Of a stretch of DNA of 64,000 nucleotides, positions 10,623 through 22,600 are shown one piece after another; position 1 is the first letter of the stretch, and each line of letters starts with the position of its first letter. The notes beneath the pieces are model-generated. The model was not told the origin of the DNA and ran no database searches. It worked only from the letters and a program-made list of their open reading frames with translations. Made by a program: the position numbers and the translations under genes. This DNA comes from Lama glama (taxonomy: Eukaryota), in assembly GCA_028534125.1 (NCBI GenBank), contig CM052849.1, positions 1,674,001 through 1,738,000 on the forward strand, in the 5' to 3' direction.

Positions 10623-13600
10623 GTGCGTACCACTCCCTGATTCACCGCATGGTGGGGGTGGTAGGGTGTTTTCTCAGGTGGGCCCTGAAGGCTGTCAGTC
10701 TAGGGCAGCCTTTCCCTGGGAGGGCTCTTGGCACATTCAAGGTTGTGGATGCCTGACTTTTTGCTGATGTGGTTTGCAGGGCCTCATCACCATTGCTACA
10801 AAGGCACAAAGTTAACCCGCTTTGTTGGGATCTGTTTCTCTGACGCCTGGGTCTCCTGCTGTGTCGGGCTGCTGCTGGGGTGTGCCCAGCCTCTGTTCCT
10901 TTTGTAGTGGACATGCTGGCCGAACAGATTGTTCTGATCCTTCTTTTTCCCTAGACGACCGCTTGTCAGTCCCGCGTGCTGAGGGAGCGTAACTGTATGA
11001 GGCAGTGTGTGTTACACAGAGTTAAGTTCGCGGTGGGTTATTGGAGAGACGAGTGACAGCTCATCTGAAAGCAGCTCTTGTCTTCTGTCAAATCTCTGCT
11101 TCTAGATTCGAATTGCAGCCTTAAATGCCAGCTCCACGATTGAGGATGAGCACGAAGGAAGCTTTAAAAGTCACAAAACCCAGACGAAGGAGGCGCAGGT
11201 GCGTAATCCATGGTCCTTCTCTGCAAGTGGACTGCGATTCTCATTTCTGTAGGTGGCACCTCTTTTAAATGTGTTCAGATGTCTTCTTAATGGGATTGTA
11301 GAGGAAGATCCCATTTTGAAAGACGGCCCGCTCTCTGCCTCACATTCAGCCTGCTTCGGTGCGAGATGGTCACGCTGCAGAGAACCCTGTTCCTTCTGTG
11401 AGTGTGCGCGGCCCATTCAGCCGGGGCTGGCTCTCTGTGTGTGTTCTCCGCACGGGCCTCAGGAGCTGGCACCCAGGGTTTGGCAGCGCTGACAGTCCGT
11501 GATGCGTGGAGGCTCCCTGGTGCGCTCCCTGCTTTCCCAGGCGAGGTGGTCCTGGAGGGGAGCTGCCTTGCTTGGGTCTCGCCAACGGTCTGTGCTCTCG
11601 ATTCCTGGTCTGTCCTTACTGCCTGGCTCCACTCTCACTTCAGCTGCTCACCTCCCTTCCATCCATCCTCCACCCACGTCCTGCCTGAGTACGACAGGAT
11701 TGGCTTCTGTCTTGGCTTTCCCTTGAGTAAACACACACCTCCCCTTCATGGGAGAAACCAGGACAGCCGGAGCCCTCTTATGTCTCATGCCAGCTGTCTC
11801 TGGTCCTCAAGGGATGTCAGAGGGGCCTGATGCACCCAGTACCCCCTCCGCCCCTCCGAGCAGTGCTCAGGCCAGGTCAGCGCGGTGGGCATAAACCGTG
11901 GAAACCATCCCTGTTCGTGCCTAGTCCATGACTTGTTCCGGCTGGTGTGGCCGCTCTCCTGCCTTCACCCGGGAAGCATCTGCGGGTCTCCGGGAACCTT
12001 GGCGTTGCTCTGACCCTGTGCCCTCAGTCTGTGTTTTACTATTGCTTAGGCTCAGTTGAGCCTGCATTGCTCATGTCTTCGTGGGGGTCTGCTGAGGGGT
12101 TCTTCTCCCAGTGAGGAGCTCCTGGGGGGCTGGAGTGTTAGAACTGTTTCCACCACAGAGGATCCAGAGACATGGCCTTGACTGCAACCCCCTCACACGT
12201 TGTTGGCTTAAAGAGACAAACCTCTGTACGACATAAAAATGCCTCCTGTCTTGGTTTGCAGGAAGCAGAGGCTTTTGCTTTGTACCACAAGGCCCTGGAT
12301 CTGCAGAAACATGACCGGTTTGAGGAGTCTGCCAAGGCCTACCATGAGCTCCTGGAGGCGCGCCTGTTGCGAGAGGTGAGGCTCCAGGAAGCCGGGTGGG
12401 CCCTGAGCCAGGCAGCCTGGGCCTGCCCTCTCCCTGCCCACTTCTGGGCTGGGGAGCCTGGGCACATGATGTCCCCCTCTGTCCTCAGCTCCTCTGCCCG
12501 CAGGGTGTCCCCTTACTGGGTTGCCATGAGCATCGGGTGAATCCAGAGAAGCACATAGGACAGTTCTTGGCGCAGAGTGAGAGCTCGTAACTGCCAGCTG
12601 TTGTTACTCCCAGACGTTCACAGCCGCTCTGCCCTGTGGGGCAGCGTGCTGTCCCCGTTTCCTGGTCATGGAAGCAGAGGCTTAGTGACGTACCCAAGCA
12701 GTCAGAGCCAGGGTTGGAGCCTCAGTTCCTGACCCTGAAGATCCGGTTGACAGCACGTTCAGGCAGATGCTGTTGGGGTGCTGGTCCCTGAGCTTGGCAG
12801 GCCTGTGTAGATGCACCAGGGGCTTTTGAAAAGCATCGTTGGGGAGAGGGCTGGGAGAGCTCCACAGCCACGTGGAGACACAGAGAGGGGCGGGCAGGGC
12901 AGGATGTGGGCCCAGCAGAGGGGCCGTATGGTGGTGAGTGCATCGAGCTTGGGTTGGCAGGTCATGGCAGTGTCACTGGGAGGTTTGGGAACAGGTCTTA
13001 GCCTGAAACTGAATTAGGAAGATGAATGTTTCATTAGGAGGAAAGGACTTGTTTCCAAGCAAACACCAAACCCAGATGATGTGCATTGAGGAAGCGGGAC
13101 AGGCTCCGTCTACTGGAATACAACCTTTCCTTTGGGCAGAGTCTCCTGTGTCCCAGGAAGGCAGACACTGCATTGCCAGCCCTGCCTGGGTGGTTTCTAC
13201 CACCTATGAGTATGCTCAGTAAGATGTTATCCCTTCTTGCACTCACTGTGTCTCTCCGTATACCTAAGTGTGTAGCTTGTTACGATTCTCTGGTGCTGGT
13301 TTAGTTCTTGAAATGAGAGCCATGGGAATTGTGACCTCCACGCCCCGTTAGTAGGAAGTAGGTGAGGGCCCAGGGAGGGAGATGACTTTATTCCACGTTC
13401 TCCGTGGGCCACATGCTGGGCCTGTTGCAGGAGTGCGTCTTCCGTTGCAGGCCATGGAGTCGATGGGAGTGGGTAAGGCTCAGTGTGGAGCTGGCAGCCT
13501 GAGCTCAGAGCTGATGCTGGTGGGCCTGGCACCCGACGGGGGCGGGGCGTGGGGCCTTTGACCGCTTCACTGGCTGAGCATCGGCCCCGTGGTCAGAGGT

Positions 13601-16600
13601 GTGTCCATCTCTGTATCACTTTCAGCCTTAAAAGATTGTTTGAGCATCCTCCCCTTTCGCTTATTGTGAACAATTGAAAAGTATGGAAAATACATAGGAA
13701 AGTTTCTTTTCACACTTATTTGGCACTGGCATTAAAGTAAATTTCGTAATTACAGTTCCACAAACACCTGGCATAAACAGGCCCTAGAACACTCTGACCC
13801 CCTCAAAGACGTGTGCAACTTGGCCGGCGCACGTGCTGGGCCTGCTGGAGGGACGTGTGCGGGGAGCGACCCCCATCCCCGGGGGGCGGCAGTGCCTGTC
13901 TGGAGATCAGAATGGTGCTGAGTCCAGCTGGTCAGTGAGGTGGAAGCTGGCTACAAGAGCTCCCACTGCTGTGCTGATGCCCCACTGACTGTCCACCTCT
14001 GGTCTAGATGCATGCACTCTCTGTCAGTGTCATTTTTTGAATAGTTCTGGGCCTGGAGGGGCCGAGGTTCCTGGGGGCCAGCTCTGGTCAGCCTGAGGGG
14101 TGTGTTTCTTTGAGAACATTGCCTTTGTCCTGTGGTTAGAGCAGTGGTTTTCCTAATCAGGGGTTCTTAAAAGTTGTAAGGTTTTTCAAGAGTGGTCGCA
14201 AAAGCTGCAGTGGAATCAGAGTTTATAGAAAGCATGTTGACAGTCTCTCCTCTTTTGACTCACTTTCACACTTGATATTTTGGGTAGGATTTACTGTCCA
14301 CACATTGCAGGGGTCTTTGGGACACTAACTTTTTAGTTGAAGAGGCTTGTCCAGTCACGTGACGAGTGACAGCTGCCTGACTGCCCTTCTCTTGTGGGGT
14401 GTGTCAGATGCGCAGGTTGGCTGCCAGGCACCTGTCTGAGGTGAAGCTCCGGGCCCTGCCTGTTACCCCAGCAGCCTCCTTACACCCTGTCCGCATTCAG
14501 AGCTGCTGGGGCAGGGGTGGGGAGGAGCTGCCGGCTGGCTCCAATGCCATAAAGGTCACCGGCCAAGCTTGGGCCCTTGGCATGGGTAATGGTGAGAGGG
14601 CTCCCTCTGTGTCTCTTGTGGCCTGGTGGCCTGCAGACTGCCTCGTGGTGGTCTGGCCTTTCTTTTCTGTATGCTCAGGTCTGGAGGGAGTCCTTGAAGA
14701 TCCTCTGGGGCTGTGCTTTCATTTACCAGTGGCCAGTGGCACCGGGCTGGCCTGGGGGCCTGCAGCAGAGGCCAGCCCTGAAGACAGATGTCTTGTGCCC
14801 GAGGCTTCTAGGCCTCTGTGTCACTTTGCTCCTCTCTTGTTTTGTTCACAGGCAGTTTCGTCTGGTGATGAGAAAGAGGGCCTGAAGCACCCGGGGCTGA
14901 TGCTCAAGTATTCCACGTACAAGAACTTGGCCCAGCTGGCAGCGCAGCGAGAGGACCTGGAGACGGCCATGGAGTTCTACTTGGAGGTGCTCACCGCCTG
15001 CAGTGTCTCTGAAGCTCTCCGGGGAGCCAGTGGGGTGATGGTCCTGTGGCTGCAGAGTGTGTAGTGAGCAGTGCACCAGTGAGCTGTGGTGCCCCAGGCC
15101 CTGCCCAGTGGGCGATGTCAGCGAGTCCAGGGGCTGTGTGTGCGTCCTTCCTCTGCTGTGCAGGGCCCACGTGACCCTGGGTGATTGCTTACTTTCTCTG
15201 GGTCTCCAGGTCTGCAGCAGTATAGGTAGAGTGATATAAAGGAGGATGCTGAGAACAGAGTCTGACACCTGGCACCTGTGCCTGTTCTCCATAGTATTAC
15301 CGTTATTTCTGCCTCACCGGCACCCTCTGAACAGATCCATCCTTGCTCCCTCCTGCAAGGAAGGCGTCTCTGTGCTCACGTTAGGGATGAGGAGGTGGGG
15401 CTGTCCCCCTCAGGGCATGAAGAGATCTTTCTAGAATCTCAGATGCTGCCTGTATTTTCTCTTAGTTCTGCTTGCCCTTTTACCTATTAAATATGTAAGG
15501 AATGCAGATGTTCAGGGTGACGAAACATATTAAGAAAGTGTTCTGAGTGAGATGAGGAGCCCCAAGTGATTTCTTTTTTCTGGTCCCAGTTGTCTGGGGG
15601 GCTGGGCCGGTGTGAGCCCGCCTGTCACCCCTACTCCTGCTCAGTGGGGAGCTGAGCAAGCGCGGCCCTCTGCTTGTGCTGCTTCCAGGCAGTCATGCTG
15701 GACTCCACCGACGTCAATCTCTGGTATAAGATTGGACACGTGGCTCTGAGGCTCATCCGGGTGCCCTTGGCTCGCCATGCTTTCGAGGAAGGGCTGCGGT
15801 GCAATCCTGACCACTGGCCCTGCTTGGACAACCTCATCACCGTCCTGTACACCCTCAGCGATTACACAAGTGAGTTAGGCGTGGCTGCTTCCCCCTAGTC
15901 CCTCGAGTTTTGGTCTGGGATGTGGGGGCACACGGCTTGGGTAGCTGGAAGCTTCCTGCCCAACTTTCAGGGAAGGTGAAGCTGTGTCTGCTTCCCTGCT
16001 TTGCTCTGATGTCTTTCTTCCTCATTTGAGGTTTATCCATGCGTGGCAGTAACTGCAGTGAGAAGTGTGTCCTCTGAGAAGTTTTCCCTCCGGTTCTTGT
16101 TTCATCCCATCCTGGGCCGTTTCTGTAATGTGCTGACAGATGGCCTAGCGGCTGCAGCCCCACTCCTACTGCCAGGAGCTCACTTCCTCTTTCCGGTGTC
16201 TCGTTCTTTGGTGGGGCAGCAGGGCACCTGGTCTGATCTGTGCCCAGCGGGGCCCCAGTCTGCCTTCCAGGTGGTTCAATCCCGGTCCCCAGCCTTGCCC
16301 TGCTCTGCAGGGGGCGTGCTGGCCCCTTGCGTGGGCCATCCCGAGGCAGGCACCAATTGGGGTTCTGAGGCTCAATTCCTCCACATGCCCTCTGGCCTCC
16401 TTTGTCAGCAGAGCCCGCCCAGCCTGCTGTGTGTCTGCTCCAGGTGGGGCCATGTGGGGCGTGGGCCTTCTCTGCCCTCTTGGCTGTGGGGCCATCTGAA
16501 CGCCTTGTCTGCCCTGTTCGTCTATACAATTTGACCACCCTGTGCTTGCACGCTTGTGTGTTTGCAGACTTAGGCTCTCGTGTCTACACCACAAACGTCC

Positions 16601-19600
16601 TTGTGTGCCTCCTGTGTGCCTGCTGACGGTTGCCCTGGCTTCCACCCCGTGGGGTGCAAGAGACTTGGGCTCTTAGGTGTTCTTCCTGGAGCTTGGATGC
16701 CACCTAGAGGTGGATGGGCTTCAGTGTTGTGCCTTCCTTCCCGGGCCCCTGGTTTGGAAGGTGCACTTGAGCTTGCATCCCTGTAGGAGGATCGGGTTGG
16801 CTCCCTGCTGACACGGGTGTCTGTGAGAACCCTGACGGATTTATATGCATTGACGGCCAGAAGCAAAAGTCACGCGTTAAAGTGAGGCCTAGTGGCAGCT
16901 CATGCACTCAGATGTGCAGGCAGGGTGCTCAGGACCCACGTGCTGACCATCTCCTGCTCCCTTGGGACCTCCAGGGCTCCCTCTGCAGTGGCGTGGTCAG
17001 CTCTGCCCTGTCCAGATGCTCAATGCCACCCTGGTTTTCTCTCTGGAGTCTCGGGGGGCCACCCTCCAGCCACCACAGTCCCAGAAGAAACCGTGTCCTA
17101 GTTTGTGTGAGCAGGAACCGCTGTGCTGCCTGTCCTGCGGGGAGTTGGTGGCTCATGAGCAGCATCGCCGCCTCTCCTCTCCCTGCGCCCATGCCCCTGT
17201 GTCCGCCCTGCCTCTCCTTCCTCCTCCGCAGCTCCGTTTTCTGCTTGTCCTGGACACAAGAGACCGGCACCCACACTCAGTCTCGGGAGCTGGGCCAGGC
17301 GCAGGGGTCCCAGTGCCCAGGCAGAGTGGAGCTGGCGCCCTGTACCGGTGCCGCTTCCCGGGGGTCCTTGGGGAGGCTGTGGGCCTGAGTGGTCACACCG
17401 GCCAGGGCCTCCTCCGTGGTGAGCGCACAGATCTTGTGACCCCTGGGGCCTCCATACCCTCTGTTTTTTCCCTGGGTGCTTGTTTGCCTGTCACCACTGC
17501 TACCTCTGGAGGAGCCTTCCTGCTGGTGATCCCAGAGCCCTCAGCCCCCCCTCATTATATTGGTGTGAACGATGCACGTGCCTTATATTGCAGGCAGCAG
17601 CTTTTTTTGTAAAAACAGTTTCTAAAAAAGAAAAGAAAAGGAGGAGAGTGGGAGATACTGGTGAGCGCAGGAGCCTTCTTCCCCATGCGAGCGGGCCTCC
17701 CTGACGACGTCCCTGCTCCCTCCCCAAGCTGCTCAGCAGGTGCAGCCCCAGCCCTGTGTGTGATGTGGGGGGGTGGTGACCTCCTCACCCAGGCCCGGGC
17801 AGGGCCCTGGGCTGCTTCCCGATTTCCTGAGGGCTTTGTTCAGACAGGCGAGTCCCTGCAGGCCCGTGGGGTTTACTTTCCTAGAGGTGGGATCTCTGGG
17901 TCGAGGGTCGTGCAGGGTGCCTGTGATTCTCAGCCTGCCCTCCCCCCGCAACGTGTGGGTTTGCCCCTCGACCCGTGGATATCACTGTGGGTATCATTTC
18001 TTTCAGAAGCGGTTCCCGATTGAATCGGTTAAAGTGGCATCTCCTTGTTTACCCTGCATTTCTTGGGTCCCAGAGTAGGACAGGTCCCTGGTGTCACTGG
18101 CAAGGCCAGAGCTTCAGTGCACGCCCAAAGGTCACGCTGCTTCTTTCACCACCAGCGTGCCTGTACTTCATCTGCAAAGCTCTGGAGAAGGACTGCCGGT
18201 ACAGCAAAGGGCTGGTTCTCAAGGAGAAGATCTTCGAGGAGCAGCCATGTCTCCGCAAAGATTCCCTCCGCATGTTCCTTAAATGGTGGGTCTGCAGCCT
18301 GGTGGCCAGGGGACTGTCTGCAGCGTGTGCACCGTGTTCTCTAAGCTCCTGTCCTCTGTACTTCATCCCGCTTCGCCCTCACCTGGTGGACCAGCTTTGA
18401 TCTGCTGTGTCTGTTTACCATGCACCTAATCTAGGTGGTGCCTCCTGCCCTGGCCCCGTGGCATCCCTGGGCGCTGGAGGCAGCCTGCTGTCCCCTCGGC
18501 CCCGCCCTGCCCGCCGTTCCCCTCTCCCAGGCTGTGCTTCCTGCGCTGCCCACGTTCCATGTCCCCAGCTCGCCTCTAACCCTGGCTGACCGCCTGCCTC
18601 CAGGACCAGGCTCATGTTTGGTGGCCTCGCCCAGGAGGCCCTTTGTCACCTGACCCCCTGCTTCTCCTGCTCCTTGGTCCCCCAGAAAAGCCATCCCATA
18701 TTCTGGCAGATTCCGGGCCTGGCCCTGTTGTGCTCTGTGCTGTCCCGTACCCTGGCTCCCACGCTGCCCTCACCTGGACATCCCACCTCTCCCCTAGTTG
18801 TGTCTTCGTGCCTCCTTCCATGTTCTAGCTCCCAGGTCCCCTCTGGGCCACTTTCCAAGCTCAGGCTGCCTCCCTTTACCCTGCCCTCTTGTGTTTACTT
18901 GGTCCAGGAACTTACCTGCTGGGGGGTTAGTGGTTATTTGTCTTGGTGTTTATCCTTCATGAGACTGTGCCTCTGGTTCACATGTGTCTGGAAGGAACGA
19001 ACCTTCTTTGGAGAGGGAGTTGAGGAGCGTGTGGACAGATGATGAGTCCACATGTGTGCGGCTCCGAGGTGCAGGCGGGGGGCAGGGGGGCAGGGGGACA
19101 GGTCCTGTCCGGCCACCGGAGGCAGAGGTGTGTCTGTGGGAGGCATCCGAGGCCTCAAACTCCTGCCCTTTCTGTAGAGTTTTGTAGGCTTTGCTGAACT
19201 CACTTGGTCTGATGACTTTTTTGGGTTGGGCAGGATGGGATAATTAAATCCTTGAAAGGTTTTCAACAATAATTAAGAGCAAGGTTTTATTTTCTGTGGC
19301 TTATCTGACATGACTTCTATGATCCTGTTAATATGGAGGAAACCCCGCTGCTCAGTGATGAACGGTAGTCAGAACAGGGGGCATTTGTCATTTTTAGTGT
19401 ATGTGGGTATTAAGAATGCTAATTACTGCCCTTTCTGACCCACACTCAGGTGGTTGTTTTATGCACAGGAAGCAGTAGTACAGATTAGAGGGTATTAACT
19501 GCATCCGTCCTGTGTAGAATTTCAACCTTGGCGCCAGCGTGTAACACGGCAGTTTCTCTCTTCACACCTGCAGCGACATGTCAATCCATGATGTATCGGT

Positions 19601-22600
19601 GAGCGCGGCCGAGACGCAGGCCATCGTGGATGAGGCCCTGGGGCTGCGGAGGCGGAGGCAGGCGCTGACCATGCGGGAGAAGGAGCCCGATCTGAAGCTG
19701 GTGCAGCCCATCCCCTTCTTCACGTAGGTCCGGGGCTGGGGCTGGGGGTGCGGGGCTCTATGCAGGAGGGGCCGAGGTCCCACCGGGCTGGTGCCGGGGC
19801 AGGAGCTGGGTACACGCCAGCTGCCGGCTGCAGGGAGTAGGCTGGGGCTCCTCCCAGTCGAAGGTAGCCTGGCTCTGCTGTTGCTAGTCTTGAGCTACCC
19901 CTGCCACTGTTGGGAAGGTGGGCTGCTCCTTGGGCTGCTCTTGGACTCTGGGCAGGTGCCTTTCCCTTCCCTTCATCGGTGGTCGGGATGTCCATCCCGT
20001 CTAGGGGGTGGAGGCTGGGGAGGGTCCCTGGGGGCTGTAAGGGGCCAAGGCAGGGAAGGAAAAGTAAGAAATCTCTTCTAGGAGCTTTCATTTGGTTAGA
20101 CTCTGGGTTTTGAAGCCCATCCTCACTCCTCCACAACATTCACTGCATGCCGGCTTCTTGCTGGGGGCTCGGTGTGATGGGGCCCCATCCCTCACACCAA
20201 TCCCTGGGTGCTCAGTCAGCAGGAGGAGCACATGTGGAAAGATGGCTGGTGCCTCGAGGAGAGGGAGTTCATGATGGCGTCCATGCTGCTCTGGGGGTCA
20301 GGAAAGGCTCAGAGCCAGAGCTGGAGTCTGATGGAGGAGTGGGCACTGATCAGGCATAGGGGCTAGGGGCATGGGCGGATGTTGTTGCCAGGCAGAGAGA
20401 AGCCTGTGCAAAGGCCCTGAGGTTTGTGGCAAAAGTGAAAGCAAGCTGGCATGGGGAGAGTGCAGGTGGGTGTGAGAGGAGGTGGGGCAGCCCCAGGGGC
20501 ACAGGCTGAGTACTTGGTTTTCAGTTTGAGGGCGCAGGAAGCTGTTGAAGGGTGAGTGGGTATGTCATGCCACAACACGTCTTGCGCAACACACAACACA
20601 CAGTGATTCACGACACAACACAGAGGAGCAGATGTCACACAGTAGAACACACCATGATGATAAAACATGCACATAGCATGTGTCATAACACATGCCACAC
20701 CTTACCACAGCAGAACACGCAGCACACAACCTGTCACGACAGAACGCACAGCGGTCTCAGTGCACATCCTGTAGGCCCCAGCCCACGAGCTGTTCACCCC
20801 GTTAAACCACATCCTTGTCAGCAGCCCTACTCCCAGATAATCAGGGTAGTGGCCACAGAGCGATGTCACAGAGGTCTGAGAGACTCAGCCTTGTTGGGAA
20901 GGAGTTTTTAAGTGAGTCAGTGGTTTCCCTGCCTGCCTGGTGGGATTGGAACATGCCTGAGGCCAAGACCCCTTGGGGACTGGGGTGGTGGGGGGTGCTG
21001 GGCTCCTGGTCCAGCCCAGCTGTTCCACCAGCTGTCTGTGAACTGGGACCACCCACCCACCCCCCTGGAGACAGGGCCCTGGGCGCCTCTGCTGCATATC
21101 CTCACAGGCCGGCTGGCCCTGTGCTTGGAGCACCCATGGTGGGTACTGACCAGGTATGGTGACCCTCTCTTTGCAGCTGGAAGTGCCTTGGGGAGAGTTT
21201 GCTGGCCACGTACAACCACCTCACCACCTGCGAGCCCCCACGGCCCAGCCTCGGCAGGAGGATCGACCTTTCCGACTACCAGGACCCCAGCCAGCTGCCG
21301 GTGTCATCCTCCGTGGTGGTGGCACCTGTCAGCGTGATCCAACCGAGCCCTGTCAGCACCAACCCGGCTGTGACCCTTGCAGAGCCCGTGCTCCCTTATG
21401 GCCCCGTGGCCACAGCCAGCTTCCCGCTGCATAGCCCCAGCCTGTTGGAGACAGGCATTCCCACGGGTGAGCTGGCCTGTGGGGTTGGTTTCTGGGGAGA
21501 CCCCGTTTGCTGAGCAGGAATGAGTGTTGAGGGGCTCTGGCTTCTCCAGAGGGTCGGGTCCTGCTGGTGCTCCCTGCCCCACAGGGGTGCTTCTGGGTCT
21601 GCTCCCAGGACCTCCCCATCAGGGGCTGCTTCAGCAATGGAGCTCCCACAGGGAGGGGCTGGGGCTCAGGGCGGCAGCTCCTCAGACCACTCGATGCCCA
21701 GTTGGTAAGTCCTGGTATAAAGCTCGCCCCTACTTGTGACCTGTGAGCTGGCAGGTCCCTCTGCTGTTCTGCTCTGTTGCTGTCTTGTGTCCAGACCCAG
21801 CGCTGCTGTGCACTGGCATTCTGAGTTCTTTGGCTTTAAGAAACAGTCAGCGAAGTTACCACCACACAGGGTAGTATACTTTTGAATGGTTTTATAGATT
21901 TTTATTATCATCAGAGTTGGGAAATAATTTCCGACAGAAGGTCCTAAGCCTTTCCTCGATTTCTGTGTCACTGATGAGGAAGTTTCTGAATGAACGTGTA
22001 CGTGGTTGTTTCTCGCTTTTGACCTAATCATACATGACACCCCTGCTCTGTGTATGAGTCACATGACTCACCCACATTGTATCGCTGGGTGGTGGGCGGT
22101 GGGCAATGTCAGGTCATCGCTGCCTGCTCTGTCCTGTCCCAGGTTCATCCTGAGGCCAGCCGGTGGGAGGGAGGAGGAATAGGAGTTTGAGACCCTGGCG
22201 GTCTGTAGCTGTGGAAGAGAGTTTTGAGATGTGGCTTGTGGGCCCTGTGAATTTGAGAAAGGTGTGAGAGTTGAGCGGTTTGAAGTGGACTTCTTTTGGG
22301 CCCTTTGTGGTTGAGGAGGAGACGGGAGGTTGGTTGGAGGCCAGAGAAGATAAGATTAAAGGTGTAGGCAGAGACATGACAGGCTGCCGTGCCTTGCGGC
22401 ACCTTTTCTGAGCTTGCTGCTTATAAGATTTCAACTTGCGCTCTTTGTGAAGGTGATGTTTCTGGGGGAGACAAATCCAAGAAAGGGGTAAAGCGGAAGA
22501 AGATTTCAGAGGAGAGCGGGGAGACAGCAAAGCGGCGGTCTGCCCGCGTCCGAAACACTAAGTGCAAAAAAGAAGAGAGGGTGGACTTCCAGGAGCTCCT

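Noticed and set aside
14140-14350. Possible hAT/Charlie relic starting CAGTGGTTTTC
   Set aside because: No clear matching right end and too decayed to call
21865-21895. Similarity to 49420-49445 (both translate TIQKYTT on the minus strand)
   Set aside because: Only about 20 bp of imperfect AT-rich match; probably chance
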